Counted from the stretch's first letter, positions 1 through 10,407 are shown. The stretch: DNA of 64,000 nucleotides from Candidatus Daviesbacteria bacterium RIFCSPHIGHO2_02_FULL_43_12 (GCA_001776775.1 MFDD01000002.1:169834-233833), one strand, 5' to 3'. Made by a program: numbers and translations. The notes: generated by a model from the sequence alone, not told the origin.

Positions 1-2473
1 CTGCAGTTTTAACAGATTCTTGATTTCCAGTAGTTGCTGCATCAACCGAGAAATATTTAATAGTGTATTGCCCCTGAGCACTCAGAGTAATGCTATTACC
101 TGTACTTGAACTAGTAGTTGGAGTTGACCCATCAGTGGTGTAGTAGGTGGTGGCACAACCACTGTTTCCAGTAGCAGTATCCGAACAAGTTAAGGTGATA
201 GTGACAGCACTGTTGTGCCATAGACTGTCAGTGTTATCACTGGTGACAGGGGCGGTGGTATCGACTAATACTGATCCTTGGATCTCGCTACTTTGATTTG
301 CAGCATTGTCTTTGGCCAAGACAAAAAAGTTCCATGCTCCTTGAGTTAAATTAGTATTTACAGATGCAGTTGGGGCATTTACTATCCCATTTGGCCCGGC
401 TACTCCACCTAGCGTTGTTCTCCAGAAATATTGATAAATTCCAGAGAGTGCATCAGTGGCAGCTGTCCAATTCCAGGTTTGAGAAGTGGAGCTAGTTGGG
501 TTTGGGGTAGTAGTTGGAGTTCCCGGGTTAGTATTGGGGTTAGTTTTGTCAATTTTGACTAAATTAGCTGCAGTTTGGACTGCTTGGGTATTTCCATAAT
601 TATCAACTGAGAAGTATTTAATCGTGTACTGGCCATCGGTAGTTAAGATGATCGAGGTTCCCTGAGAGGAGGCAGTTGTCGGGGTTGAACCATCGGTGGT
701 GTAATAAGTCTTGAAACAGCCACTGACAGTATCTGTGCAAGTTAAGCTGATAGTTACTGAGCTATTGTGCCAGCTTGAGTCTGTATCATCAGTGGTTGTC
801 GGGGCGCTGGTATCTTTTTTTAATGAGTTAGTAGGGTTGGTTGTGGCGGAGCTTGTATTACCAGTGTTGCTGGGACCGGCATTATCTTTTAGAGTTACCG
901 AAACAATAACATTACTGCTATCAGGCAAACTCGAGACATTAATATTACTAATACTAAAGGTGCCGTTGGCTAAAACTGTAGTTACATCAGTTGCCGAAAC
1001 AGTAGTTCCGGAGCTGGTAATGGTGTAGCTTACCTTAGATCCTGCCTCTGCTCCAGATCCGGATATAGAAAAGGTTGTTAAATTAGTACTATCTACCTGA
1101 GTAGGGACGGTAATGCTAGCAGGTGCAGTTGGAGAAATGCTGTCTTTGGCTTGAGTTGCCTGTATATGGCTACTGGTGTATGAGAGGCTAGTTAATTGCA
1201 CATCAACGGTAAAGGTTCCTTCTCCTAAAGAGGTTAAATCTGCATTAAAGCTAAAGGTTCCGGATGAATTTACAGTTGTGGAGCCACTGGTGCTACCGCT
1301 AGTTCCGGTTATAGTGTAGTTTAGTGTTGCATTGGCTGCTCCAGTACCACTTACAGGATAACTTGCCTGGTTGCCAGAATAAGCCCCGACTAAAGCGCTG
1401 ATGGTTGGACTAATAATAACTACTGAGGTGCTTGCTGAAAATCCAGATATGGTAACTGGTGTTGTTTCTAAAATAAAACCACCGGTTACAGTGGGGCTAC
1501 CCTGACCGGTAATTATTAGCCTTTTTGTTACATGGACTGTCTCATTATAGGTGCCGGCGGCAACTGTAATTGTATCTAGGGGACTATTGTTATCTGTCGC
1601 GTTATTGATTGCCTGTTGGATGGTGGCAACACAGGTTGTGCCGGCGGTTGTACCGACTGTGACTGCATCACAATTGGCCTGAGTGTTGGGATCAACCACC
1701 ACAAACACGGTAAAGTGGTCTAGGTTCTGGATCGTAAAGGTGCCATCTCCGTTGTCAGTAATTGACTGACCGACCTGAGTAGCAGCGCTTAAGTTGTCAA
1801 CAGAAGAGGCATATAACACCTTAAGATTAGAAACTGTCACCCCTGCTGGAATCGGCAAAGTCAAATTATAAGTAAAGCTGCCGTTGCTCATGGATGAAGA
1901 GATATCGTAGGCAGTACTAGATAAGGCACCAATAGTACTGATCGCACTTGCTGACAGGGTAGTTTCCGAGATAGTCAAACTACCAGCTGATCCGCTGATC
2001 GAATTAAATTTTACTTTTACATTACTAGCAGGACCAGTATAGGTTGTGCCCACAGTAACAGTCGGTACAACGATCGTACTTGGGGACGTGCTGGGGCTAG
2101 GGGTTGGGGTTGGAGGGGTAGCACTTGGCTCAGTGGTCACAGTCCAACCAACTGGAACATTACAAGGGCTGGAATATTGCTGACAAACACTGGGGTTAGA
2201 GTCCATACAAGCATAGGTCATAACTTGAGCGCAAAAATCTGACTGTGTATTAACGGTGTCCGGAGATGGCGAGGGTAATGTAGAAGGTTCTGTTGAAGGT
2301 TCTAGGGTAGGGGTGACTGAGTCGCTGGCGACTGGGCTTGGAGAAGCAGTCACTTCCTCATCGGCCAATACCGGAGAGACAAGAGACGTACTGTTGGAGA
2401 AGGCCACGATAAAGGTGGCTAAAATAATTAATACAAAGTTAAAAATAGTTCTAATTTGCTTTAAATTTCTCAT
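1..2473 (-). CDS. Large secreted repeat-containing surface protein (5' part only; start codon 2471-2473, gene runs off window at position 1)
   Basis: Absent from ORF track because it has no stop in the window. Manual minus-strand translation from ATG at 2473 gives a signal peptide (MRNLKQIRTIFNFVLIILATFIVAFS), a Ser/Thr/Pro linker, a beta-helix-like stretch, then tandem ~100-aa units (…SLWHNSAVTITLTCSD…TYYTTDGSTPT…GQYTIKYFSVD…) typical of OmpL47/chitobiase-C type Ig-like surface repeats. DNA-level direct repeats are visible at ~200-290 vs ~760-815. Confidence 0.75.
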   Translation of the reverse strand, partial: MRNLKQIRTIFNFVLIILATFIVAFSNSTSLVSPVLADEEVTASPSPVASDSVTPTLEPSTEPSTLPSPSPDTVNTQSDFCAQVMTYACMDSNPSVCQQYSSPCNVPVGWTVTTEPSATPPTPTPSPSTSPSTIVVPTVTVGTTYTGPASNVKVKFNSISGSAGSLTISETTLSASAISTIGALSSTAYDISSSMSNGSFTYNLTLPIPAGVTVSNLKVLYASSVDNLSAATQVGQSITDNGDGTFTIQNLDHFTVFVVVDPNTQANCDAVTVGTTAGTTCVATIQQAINNATDNNSPLDTITVAAGTYNETVHVTKRLIITGQGSPTVTGGFILETTPVTISGFSASTSVVIISPTISALVGAYSGNQASYPVSGTGAANATLNYTITGTSGSTSGSTTVNSSGTFSFNADLTSLGEGTFTVDVQLTSLSYTSSHIQATQAKDSISPTAPASITVPTQVDSTNLTTFSISGSGAEAGSKVSYTITSSGTTVSATDVTTVLANGTFSISNINVSSLPDSSNVIVSVTLKDNAGPSNTGNTSSATTNPTNSLKKDTSAPTTTDDTDSSWHNSSVTISLTCTDTVSGCFKTYYTTDGSTPTTASSQGTSIILTTDGQYTIKYFSVDNYGNTQAVQTAANLVKIDKTNPNTNPGTPTTTPNPTSSTSQTWNWTAATDALSGIYQYFWRTTLGGVAGPNGIVNAPTASVNTNLTQGAWNFFVLAKDNAANQSSEIQGSVLVDTTAPVTSDNTDSLWHNSAVTITLTCSDTATGNSGCATTYYTTDGSTPTTSSSTGNSITLSAQGQYTIKYFSVDAATTGNQESVKTA

Positions 2474-2722
2474 TGCAAGGTGAGAAAGACAGTTACTAGT
2501 AAAAATAATTTTCACTATGGGGCAATAACCGTATTCAAGCGTGGATGATAATATGCTGATTAAGCTTTGTCAAGAGACTATTTTTATAGGCTTAGAAAAG
2601 AAATTATTTCGGGCAGGTAAATAGTGATAATTATTAGTCTTTTTTATTTTACTCAAGTATATTTATTTAGGCCGTTATATCAATCAATATATGTCCGAGT
2701 ATCTTATTTACTCACACAATAT

Positions 2723-3646
2723 TTAAGCCTGCATGGCCTGAAGAGCTGCTACTCTTTTTTCAACTGGTGGATGAGTATTAAATAGGTTAGCAAATCCACT
2801 GACTACCTCTGAACCTTTCAGCGGATTGGTAATATATAGATGTGCTGTCGCTCGATTAGCAGCTTCCAAGGGCTCTTTGTCTGCCGATATTTTAAGCAGA
2901 GCCTGGGCTAATTGTTCAGGATTACGAGTTAGCAAGGCGCTGGAGGCATCGGCCAAGAATTCTCGTCGCCGTGAGATCGCTAGCTGAATCAGAGTAGCTA
3001 TCAGAGGTGCCAAGAGTGAAGCGATTAAAGCAATCATTAAGAAAACCCCATTCCCTCCCCGATCTTCGCTATCCCGCCTTCCTCCTCTGTACCATTGCAT
3101 GCGTAAAAACCAATCAGCTAGCAGAGCAACCAACCCCACCAAAATAGAAACAACAGACATTAGTAGAGTGTCTCTATTTCGGATATGAGACAGTTCGTGC
3201 CCAATTACCCCCTCTAGTTCCTGTTTATTTAGCTTGTCCAGGATGCCGGTTGTAAAACAGATTACGGAATGAGCAGGATCTCTACCCGTGGCAAAAGCAT
3301 TCGGAGCGCTGTCTTCAATCGTATAGATTGAAGGGGTTGGTAAACCCGAAGCAATACAGAGATTTTCCACTAGGTGATACAGCTCCCGGTTATCTTTGAG
3401 CTCTATCTTTCGTGCTCCAGAGATACCCAATACCATCGAATCGGAGAAATAGTAGGCTCCAATATTCATTACCCCGGCAAAGATTAAGGCCATTCCCATC
3501 AAACTAAGTGAAGATCCTGGATCATATCCTAACCCTCTGGCAAAAATATACACCACACCAACCACAAACAGGGCAAAGAGGAGCATAATTAACCAAGTTT
3601 TAAAGATATTTGAGGAAATTTGATTCTGCGCGGTAGCAATAGCCAT
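2723..3646 (-). CDS. htpX: Zn-metalloprotease HtpX (M48 family)
   Basis: 307 aa, N-terminal TM helices, HEXXH motif (GHELSHI) plus downstream TM pair; ATG start verified. Confidence 0.85.
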   Translation of the reverse strand: MAIATAQNQISSNIFKTWLIMLLFALFVVGVVYIFARGLGYDPGSSLSLMGMALIFAGVMNIGAYYFSDSMVLGISGARKIELKDNRELYHLVENLCIASGLPTPSIYTIEDSAPNAFATGRDPAHSVICFTTGILDKLNKQELEGVIGHELSHIRNRDTLLMSVVSILVGLVALLADWFLRMQWYRGGRRDSEDRGGNGVFLMIALIASLLAPLIATLIQLAISRRREFLADASSALLTRNPEQLAQALLKISADKEPLEAANRATAHLYITNPLKGSEVVSGFANLFNTHPPVEKRVAALQAMQA

Positions 3647-3653
3647 GAAGTCT

Positions 3654-4202
3654 CTAGAAATTTACCTTAACATCCATCTTTTCTGACTCAGATGCTTGGA
3701 AGAAAGCCTCTGGTAAAAAGTGAAAGGCTTGGGCAAAAAATGAGGCCGGAAATGTCTGCAATGCTGTGTTGTAATCCAAGACATTGGTATTATAAAACTG
3801 CCTGGACGAAGCGACTTTGGTCTCTGTGTCAGCTAACTCTGATTGAAGCTGTTTGAAAGTATCCGATGCTTTCAGATCAGGGTAATTTTCGGATACGGCA
3901 AAGAGGGTTTTTAACGCTCCCGTGAGCTGATTATCGGCTGCGGCCTGATCTTTAGGGTTTCCGGCATGCATTAGGGCAGAGCGGGCTTTGGTCACCTCTT
4001 CCAACACTTCCCGTTCATGCTTCATGTAGCCCTTAACAGTTTCCACTAGGTTAGGAATCAGAGAAGATCGTCTCTTCAGTTGAACATCAATCTGAGAATA
4101 GGCTTCATGAACCCTATTTCTTTTGGTAACCAAAGAATTAAAGATACTAACTGTAGCAAGCAAGAGGACTATAATGACTACGAGTACGATAGTAAGTAAC
4201 AT
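3654..4202 (-). CDS. lemA: LemA family membrane protein
   Basis: 182 aa, single N-terminal TM, LemA-like sequence; classic LemA-HtpX gene pair. Confidence 0.75.
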   Translation of the reverse strand: MLLTIVLVVIIVLLLATVSIFNSLVTKRNRVHEAYSQIDVQLKRRSSLIPNLVETVKGYMKHEREVLEEVTKARSALMHAGNPKDQAAADNQLTGALKTLFAVSENYPDLKASDTFKQLQSELADTETKVASSRQFYNTNVLDYNTALQTFPASFFAQAFHFLPEAFFQASESEKMDVKVNF

Positions 4203-4243
4203 TCTTTTTATATCTTAACTCAAATTCATTTAAATTACCAGGC

Positions 4244-5035
4244 CTAGTCCACCAATTTATGTAAATGGCCCTGAACACGCACATAGTCAAACATCTTCAA
4301 AAATAGCCATAAAGAGACCAGAAACCACACTATATTTAGCCCAGTCGCCCATATCAACTCACTCCAGGGAACAACCCCGGTGATTACCACTTGCCTCATC
4401 CCCTCAAAGACATGCGCAGCAGGGATAGCCAAAGAGACTGGTCTTAGAAAAACAGGCAAGACACTGACCGGATAAAATACTGCCACAAAAGGCTGGATCA
4501 GCATTGTCAAGGCAAAAGCTAGAATCTGGGCACTCTGCCCAAATCTCAGGATAATAGAGGTGGCGATCAGTCCCAGCACCCATCCAAAGACAAATAGATT
4601 TATCGCAAAAGGGATCAGCAATAGTCCAAAGGAAAAGATATTAAAGCGGAAAAAAGCGAGCGCTGCGATAGATAGCACTCCCCCAATCAGAGCGAGTCTC
4701 ACTACCCCAATCAGTACTGTTGAAGCTAGAAATTCACCAACCCGCACCGGAGTAACAAATAAATTAAGCAAATTACGCTCCCAAACCTCTTCTAAAAAAG
4801 CAATCGAGACCGCTTGCTGTGATCTTTGAATAAAGTTCCAAAAAACCATTGCTCCAAGTAAAGCGCTGACAATCCCTGGGATACCTGCCCGGGATTGTTG
4901 CAAGTAAAGAGTCAACCATCCCCAGATTAGAAGGTCGACAATTGGCCAAAAAACAATATCTAAGATCCTCGGTATCGACCGCGGATAAAGATACAGATAC
5001 CGCAAAAGTAGTGCATAAATCCGTGTTAAGCTCAT
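4244..5035 (-). CDS. ABC-2 type transporter permease
   Basis: 263 aa, 6 predicted TM helices, 4-nt ATGA overlap with the ATPase gene. Confidence 0.75.
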   Translation of the reverse strand: MSLTRIYALLLRYLYLYPRSIPRILDIVFWPIVDLLIWGWLTLYLQQSRAGIPGIVSALLGAMVFWNFIQRSQQAVSIAFLEEVWERNLLNLFVTPVRVGEFLASTVLIGVVRLALIGGVLSIAALAFFRFNIFSFGLLLIPFAINLFVFGWVLGLIATSIILRFGQSAQILAFALTMLIQPFVAVFYPVSVLPVFLRPVSLAIPAAHVFEGMRQVVITGVVPWSELIWATGLNIVWFLVSLWLFLKMFDYVRVQGHLHKLVD

Positions 5036-5760
5036 GTTTCCTCCCTAGCTAGTTTAATAAAGACTTCGTTTAAATCTTTCAGGCCAAATTTCTTGATTAA
5101 CTCTTTGGGAGTACCCTCAGTCACGATCTTGCCTTCGTTAATAAAAATGGCCCGATCACATAACTCCTCGACTTCCGCCATGTTATGGGTAGTATAAACA
5201 ATAGTCACGTTTTTCTCTTTTTGAACCTGTTTAAGATATTTACGGATTCGGTCAGCGATATCCGGGTCCAAAGAAGAGGTCGGTTCATCCAAAAACAGCA
5301 ATCTGGGGGAATTTAACAAGGATTTAGCCAGATTAACCCGGGTCGATTGGCCGGACGAAAGCGATCCGTATAATTTATCAAAAAAGGGAGTAATATCAAA
5401 AAAATCTACCAATTCTTTAACCTTCTCCTTGTAATTAGGTACTTCGTATAACCTGGCAAAAGTATATAAATTTTCCCAAACTTTGAGGTTGGTCGGCAGG
5501 GATACATAGGCAGATGAAAAATTAACCTGCTGCAAAATCTCATGGCTATTCTTGGGCATATCTTTACCAAAGATTTTGACTGTCCCAGAAGTAGGAATAA
5601 TCAGTCCTAGGATCATCTGGATGGTGGTGGTTTTACCAGCTCCATTTGGACCAAGAAGCCCCAGGATCTCTCCTTCTTGCACCTGGAAGCTGATATTGTT
5701 AACAGCGGTAAAGGTGCCGTAAGTTTTGGTAAGATTAGAGACTTTCAGTAAAGTTTGCAT
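5032..5760 (-). CDS. ABC transporter ATP-binding protein
   Basis: Walker A GPNGAGKTTT, signature LSSGQ, Walker B LLFLDEPTSSLD. Confidence 0.9.
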   Translation of the reverse strand: MQTLLKVSNLTKTYGTFTAVNNISFQVQEGEILGLLGPNGAGKTTTIQMILGLIIPTSGTVKIFGKDMPKNSHEILQQVNFSSAYVSLPTNLKVWENLYTFARLYEVPNYKEKVKELVDFFDITPFFDKLYGSLSSGQSTRVNLAKSLLNSPRLLFLDEPTSSLDPDIADRIRKYLKQVQKEKNVTIVYTTHNMAEVEELCDRAIFINEGKIVTEGTPKELIKKFGLKDLNEVFIKLAREET

Positions 5761-5765
5761 AGGCT

Positions 5766-7499
5766 CTATTTTAAAACATCTAACAGGTCTTTGAAACCAT
5801 AAGTATTAATAATATCTGCACTTGTGGCCCAGCCACGCCTGGCCACGGCAACTCCGTAGTCCAGTTGATCCATTTGTTCTAGGCCATGAGCGTCCGAATC
5901 TATCACTAATTTGACTCCCTTGGAGATCGCCTGCCTGACCAAGTCATCTCTCAAATCGAGTCTATCTGGAAAAGAATTAATCTCCAGGATTTTACCTTTC
6001 TTGGCACAAAATTCAAAAACTTTTGCCCAGTCAGCCTCAAAAGATGGTCTTTGATTTAAGAGCCTACCGGTAGGATGAGCCAGAATCTGCACATACGGAT
6101 TACTGAGGGCTTTTAAGATCCGCGCTGTCATCTTTGACTGCTCCATCCGATGTGCCGAATGTACCCCGACAATGCAATAGTCTAGCAGCTTCAACCCCTC
6201 ATCGGGCACAGAGATTGATCCATCCGGTTGTATATCTGCTTCCAAACCTGCCAATATCTCTATCTTACCTGCATATTTAAGCTTTAATTTGTCAATAAAT
6301 GCGCTGCGTTTTTTGAGGATGTCAATAATTTTGGGTTTACTGTGATTAGAAGTCGCTGGAGAATGATCAGAAAAACCCAAATATTTATAACCCAAAGCCA
6401 GAGCCCTTTTGACCATATCTTCCATGCTATCTCGCCCTAAGTCATGGGAGGGTTCAATAGGATAGCTCGAGTGTAAATGCAAGTCACCCTTCAAGGATCC
6501 GTAGGGAATTAACTGAGGCAGTTGATGTTTTAAGGCTGCCTCTATCTCTCCAGCATCTTCTCTTATCTCCGACGGGGGTGTTTGCATATCTAGTAGCGAG
6601 TAAACTTCTTCCTCTGTTTTACATTCAATCACTGCAGTTTTGAGTTTTTTTACTCCGTATTCGCTAATCGAGTAACCTTTATCCTCAGCTAGCTTGCGGA
6701 GACTAATATTATGATGCTTTGATCCCGTAAAATGCTGCAACAAATTTCCGTAATTTTTTGGTTTACCTACCAACAGATCGATTTGTAAATGAGAGGTCAG
6801 CATCACCATAGCTTTATTTTCGCCCTGATCAACTATCCTGGAAATCCCCGGCATTTTAACAAAGTACTTAATAGCTTTTTCCGGATTGTCAGAGGCAACG
6901 GCAAAGTCCAGATCCCCAATGGTCGCGACCTTTCGGCGCAAGCTACCCAAGCAATCCGCCTGCTTTACATCCGGAGATTTGCGTAAGTAATCGAGAATTT
7001 TAGCTGCTAACTCTTCAGCAAAAGGTAGCAGCATTCGATCTTTTTCGCTGTTAGTATCTTTTAAACCCAGTAAGATATTCTCGGCTAATTTTTCCGAGAA
7101 GCCTTCTTTGATTAAGCTCCCGTCTTCTAATCTTTGCTTTAATTCTTCTAAGTTCTGAACTTTTAAACTTAAAATCCTTTGGGCGGTTTTCGGACCGACT
7201 CCGGGAATATCCAGAGCTTCAAAAAAGACTGGGGGCAAATCTTTAGTCAAAGATTCAAAATGAGCTACTTTTCCGGTCGAAAATAGTTCGTTTAAATGCT
7301 CGCTTAAGTTTTTACCAACTCCGGGCACTTCAGCCAATTTTCCCTCTTCCCAGAGATCCTTGACCTCTGAGGTTAGATGCTCTATGGCGTCAGCCGCTGT
7401 TTCATAGGCTCGGATTTGAAAAATGGAAGCTTTTTTGAGGGTTAAGGCAGCAGCAACATTCCGCAGCAGCTTTGCCACATCCCGATTAGTCAAATCCAT
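5766..7499 (-). CDS. DNA polymerase X family protein with C-terminal PHP phosphoesterase domain
   Basis: 577 aa; N-terminal Pol-beta-like HhH region, C-terminal PHP metal-binding histidines (HLHSSYP…DHS…). Confidence 0.8.
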   Translation of the reverse strand: MDLTNRDVAKLLRNVAAALTLKKASIFQIRAYETAADAIEHLTSEVKDLWEEGKLAEVPGVGKNLSEHLNELFSTGKVAHFESLTKDLPPVFFEALDIPGVGPKTAQRILSLKVQNLEELKQRLEDGSLIKEGFSEKLAENILLGLKDTNSEKDRMLLPFAEELAAKILDYLRKSPDVKQADCLGSLRRKVATIGDLDFAVASDNPEKAIKYFVKMPGISRIVDQGENKAMVMLTSHLQIDLLVGKPKNYGNLLQHFTGSKHHNISLRKLAEDKGYSISEYGVKKLKTAVIECKTEEEVYSLLDMQTPPSEIREDAGEIEAALKHQLPQLIPYGSLKGDLHLHSSYPIEPSHDLGRDSMEDMVKRALALGYKYLGFSDHSPATSNHSKPKIIDILKKRSAFIDKLKLKYAGKIEILAGLEADIQPDGSISVPDEGLKLLDYCIVGVHSAHRMEQSKMTARILKALSNPYVQILAHPTGRLLNQRPSFEADWAKVFEFCAKKGKILEINSFPDRLDLRDDLVRQAISKGVKLVIDSDAHGLEQMDQLDYGVAVARRGWATSADIINTYGFKDLLDVLK

Positions 7500-7850
7500 A
7501 TATTCAATAATATAACTCTATCTTAAAAATAATGTAAGAGCTCTCGCTTTTGTAGCTGTGACGTCTTAAAATACTTATATGCTGACCCAGGAGAAAAAAT
7601 CGTTCATCTTTTGCAACACACTTACAGATCAATATTAGATGTGGATCGCAATCTTTTCTGATTAAGTTAAGACAGATCCTTCATGAGAGTTGGGATATAG
7701 GTTTGGGCTCTCTATATCGGCATAGTGGTGCATATAGCCTTGCTTACTCAGGTAAAGATGTAGTAAAATTGCGTGACTTGATGTATCCAAGCTCTGAAGT
7801 TCCTTGTTTAAAGAGGAAAAAAGACATTTTAGATTTTGGAATCAAGATTT

Positions 7851-7922
7851 GGGGCCGTAGCTCAATGGTAGAGCAATTCCCTGTCACGGAATAGGTCGCC
7901 GGTTCAAATCCGGTCGGTCCCG
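7851..7922 (+). tRNA. tRNA-Asp (anticodon GTC)
   Basis: Cloverleaf folded by hand: acceptor GGGGCCG/CGGTCCC, D arm GCTC-AATGGTA-GAGC, anticodon loop cTGTCac, T arm GCCGG-TTCAAAT-CCGGT; no encoded CCA. Confidence 0.9.
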
Positions 7923-7940
7923 CTACTCTATTTTGACTTC

Positions 7941-7968
7941 TTGACAACAGACCTCAGTTTGGTATAAA
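7941..7968 (+). promoter_or_regulatory. Candidate sigma70-type promoter for the LysM gene (TTGACA-16nt-TATAAA)
   Basis: -35 TTGACA 7941-7946, -10 TATAAA 7963-7968; GGAGA SD at 8007-8011 ahead of GTG start 8021. Confidence 0.5.
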
Positions 7969-8020
7969 ACAACTACAAGCTAAACCAAGCCTCATAGTTT
8001 CGCTATAGGAGATACAATCA

Positions 8021-8782
8021 GTGCCTAGACCAAAGAAAGCCACCAAAAAAGCCATTCGAAAAACAGCTGCTGAAACTCATTCCAGCGAGACAAATAATTC
8101 AAGTTTCCTCCAAAGAATCCAAAGTGAAACTCGTAACCAATTTTCTTATCTTAATTTAATACTTGGAGGATTGATCCTGTTAGTTGCTGGTATTTTGATC
8201 TTCAACTATTTTAGTCGCCCCAATGGAGATCTGGGGACTTCTCAGACTACTACAGCCTCACCGACCACCAGTGTCGATGTCACCAAAGATAGCCTCCCCG
8301 GAACTTATACAGTTAAAGCGGATGATACCCTATTTTCTATTGCCGAAAAATACTACGGAGATGGGTACCAGTTTACAAAACTAGCCGAAGCCAACAAATT
8401 AACTGATCCAGGTCTGATAATCGAGGGTCAAGTTTTAAATATTCCCAAGCTTGACTTAGCCCAAAGGGATCAAACACCTCAAGCAACGATTGCCCCAACT
8501 AGCGAACCCTCACCCACCGAGTCCACCAACACTCCATCACTTAATGCAGGCGATGAAAAGACCCAACCAGTCGATGGTGGCAAAGGCGGGGCTGTCAATC
8601 AAACCGAATGGGGAGAAAAGATTACAGCAGATACATATACTGTAGTTTCAGGAGACTGGCTTTCTAAAATCGCCGGGAGGGCTTATGGAGATATTTACGC
8701 TTTTCAAAAAATAGCCGATGCCAATGGAATTACAGATCCGAATGTGATAGAGCCAGATACCGTTCTCAAAATTCCAAGATAG
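8021..8782 (+). CDS. Membrane-anchored protein with two LysM peptidoglycan-binding domains
   Basis: 253 aa, GTG start with SD; N-terminal TM; two LysM repeats (YTVKADDTLFSIAEKYYGD… and YTVVSGDWLSKIAGRAYGD…). Confidence 0.8.
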   Translation: MPRPKKATKKAIRKTAAETHSSETNNSSFLQRIQSETRNQFSYLNLILGGLILLVAGILIFNYFSRPNGDLGTSQTTTASPTTSVDVTKDSLPGTYTVKADDTLFSIAEKYYGDGYQFTKLAEANKLTDPGLIIEGQVLNIPKLDLAQRDQTPQATIAPTSEPSPTESTNTPSLNAGDEKTQPVDGGKGGAVNQTEWGEKITADTYTVVSGDWLSKIAGRAYGDIYAFQKIADANGITDPNVIEPDTVLKIPR

Positions 8783-8837
8783 ATTTGTCTTTAGCCTTTC
8801 CTTAATCAAAGAAAGCGAGTATTGTTAATAGGCTCCC

Positions 8838-9668
8838 ATGAAGTTATTTCCCAAGATCTTTTTACCTACCTTACTTATCCTAACTGTTATTTTTCTGAAT
8901 CCAGTTTTACTTTTTTTCTCTAAACACCTGCTGCCCAAGCCCCCTATTTATCCTTTCAACCCATCAGAGGAGGTAAAAATAGCCACAGTCGCCGGAAAGA
9001 TTAAATATTCGGTTGATTATACGATCGTGCTGGTCGGTGATTCCATGACCGAAAGGTTGGGTAATGGAGATGAGCTAAAAGGATATTTAAGTCTTTATTA
9101 TCCAAATAAGACTTTCGAAATCCTCAACTATGGATTCGGCGCCACCAATATCTTATCCCTCCCAGATCGTTTGACTACAGCGACATTTATGAAGCGAGAG
9201 TTTAGACCCATTTTGGATATTGACTTCGATCTGCTACTGATAGAATCGTTTGGATATAACCCACTTTCCGAGTTGTCCTTGGAACAAGGCCTCCGGAAAC
9301 AATCGGAGATGCTCGATATTTCTCTTAACCTCATTGACTCGGCTCAAAAAAAAGCTCGTGTGGCTTTTTTTACGACCATTGCCCCCAACAAGGATATTTT
9401 CTCCAAAGGAATTGTCGAGCTATCCGCTACTCAACGCAGCTCCTGGGTCAAAGAACGAAATCGGTATATCGAAAACCACACTGCCTATGCCAAAACTCAC
9501 CAATTACCCCTGATAGATATTTATCATAGCTCCCTTGATCTATTTGGCAACGGAAAATCTATTTATATCGACTCTCAAGACAACCTGCACCCTTCTCCAA
9601 CTGGAATATTTTTTATTAGCCAACAGCTAGCCTCAGGCATCTCTAAACTTCAACTGCTAAAAAATTAA
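8838..9668 (+). CDS. SGNH/GDSL-family hydrolase (membrane anchored)
   Basis: 276 aa; GDS block VLVGDSMTE and catalytic DxxH block (DNLHPSPTG) near C-terminus. Confidence 0.7.
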   Translation: MKLFPKIFLPTLLILTVIFLNPVLLFFSKHLLPKPPIYPFNPSEEVKIATVAGKIKYSVDYTIVLVGDSMTERLGNGDELKGYLSLYYPNKTFEILNYGFGATNILSLPDRLTTATFMKREFRPILDIDFDLLLIESFGYNPLSELSLEQGLRKQSEMLDISLNLIDSAQKKARVAFFTTIAPNKDIFSKGIVELSATQRSSWVKERNRYIENHTAYAKTHQLPLIDIYHSSLDLFGNGKSIYIDSQDNLHPSPTGIFFISQQLASGISKLQLLKN

Positions 9669-9699
9669 CTCCCCATTGTTTCCTTATAGCTAATGATAT

Positions 9700-10059
9700 T
9701 TATTTTCCAGGCTTCATTTCTGGACTCATTAACCCAGTCCGAACACTGACAGCATCCTGTGGGTTAGGACTGGCTCGATCTGGCTTGGATCTTTGTTCAA
9801 TCATGCGCTGAGGACGTTCTGGTGGTTTTAGCAGATCTGGAAAGGGAGTTTCCTTCTCGGGCAATTTGACTGCAAATTCTTGCTCTACAGCCTCTTTGAC
9901 TACAGCTCCCGGGATCTCCGTAGCACCTCCCACAACTCCTCTTCCAACACTACTAGCAAGTCCTCCAATCAGCCCTTTTCCTCCAAAAGGACCCATTTTT
10001 GCTTCAGCTTGAGGAGCAGGGGCGACAGCTTTAGGTTCTTGTTCAGTAATATCAGCCAT
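9700..10059 (-). CDS. Hypothetical Gly/Pro-rich protein
   Basis: ORF-track ORF begins with TTG at 10074; first ATG is at 10059 (MADITEQEP…). No recognisable domain. Confidence 0.35.
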   Translation of the reverse strand: MADITEQEPKAVAPAPQAEAKMGPFGGKGLIGGLASSVGRGVVGGATEIPGAVVKEAVEQEFAVKLPEKETPFPDLLKPPERPQRMIEQRSKPDRASPNPQDAVSVRTGLMSPEMKPGK

Positions 10060-10100
10060 AGGTTTAGTGTACAAGAAAATAGGTTAGAAGACAAAAGAGG

Positions 10101-10172
10101 AGCCGACTATCGGATTTGAACCGATGACCTACTGTTTACGATACAGCCGCTCTACCACTGAGCTAAGTCGGC
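10101..10172 (-). tRNA. tRNA-Thr (anticodon CGT)
   Basis: Reverse complement folds as GCCGACT-TA-GCTC-AGTGGTA-GAGC-G-GCTGT-aTCGTAa-ACAGT-AGGTC-ATCGG-TTCAAAT-CCGAT-AGTCGGC-T. Confidence 0.9.
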
Positions 10173-10407
10173 ATATCCCAATTCTAAAGGTCGGAGACGT
10201 ACATATCAAGAAAGAGCTTGTTTATTTCAAGACAGTCTGAGATAATAGATTTCCTAATACTACTAGCGAGCTGGTGGTATTTTTTTGGGGTTTTTTAAAA
10301 AAATTATGCTACTCGGAGCCTTGACCGGATTATTAATTCTTTTTTGTGTCTGTATCTTTACCTTTGTTTTTTATGCCTTTTTACAGAAGTTTTTTGGTTA
10401 GAACCAA

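Noticed and set aside
711-1028. Plus-strand ORFs 711..1028 and 2256..2483 from the six-frame track
   Set aside because: They lie antisense to, or overlap the start of, the long minus-strand surface-protein gene. Low-complexity translation and no start context.
7703-7947. ORFs 7703..7894 (+) and 7744..7947 (-)
   Set aside because: They overlap the tRNA-Asp gene, and their translations mirror the tRNA sequence.
10173-10407. AT-rich spacer containing GGTGGTATTTTTTTGGGGTTTTTTAAAAAAA
   Set aside because: Checked for a terminator or ncRNA. No convincing stem precedes the T-runs, and the plus-strand ORF 10344..10562 here is antisense filler.
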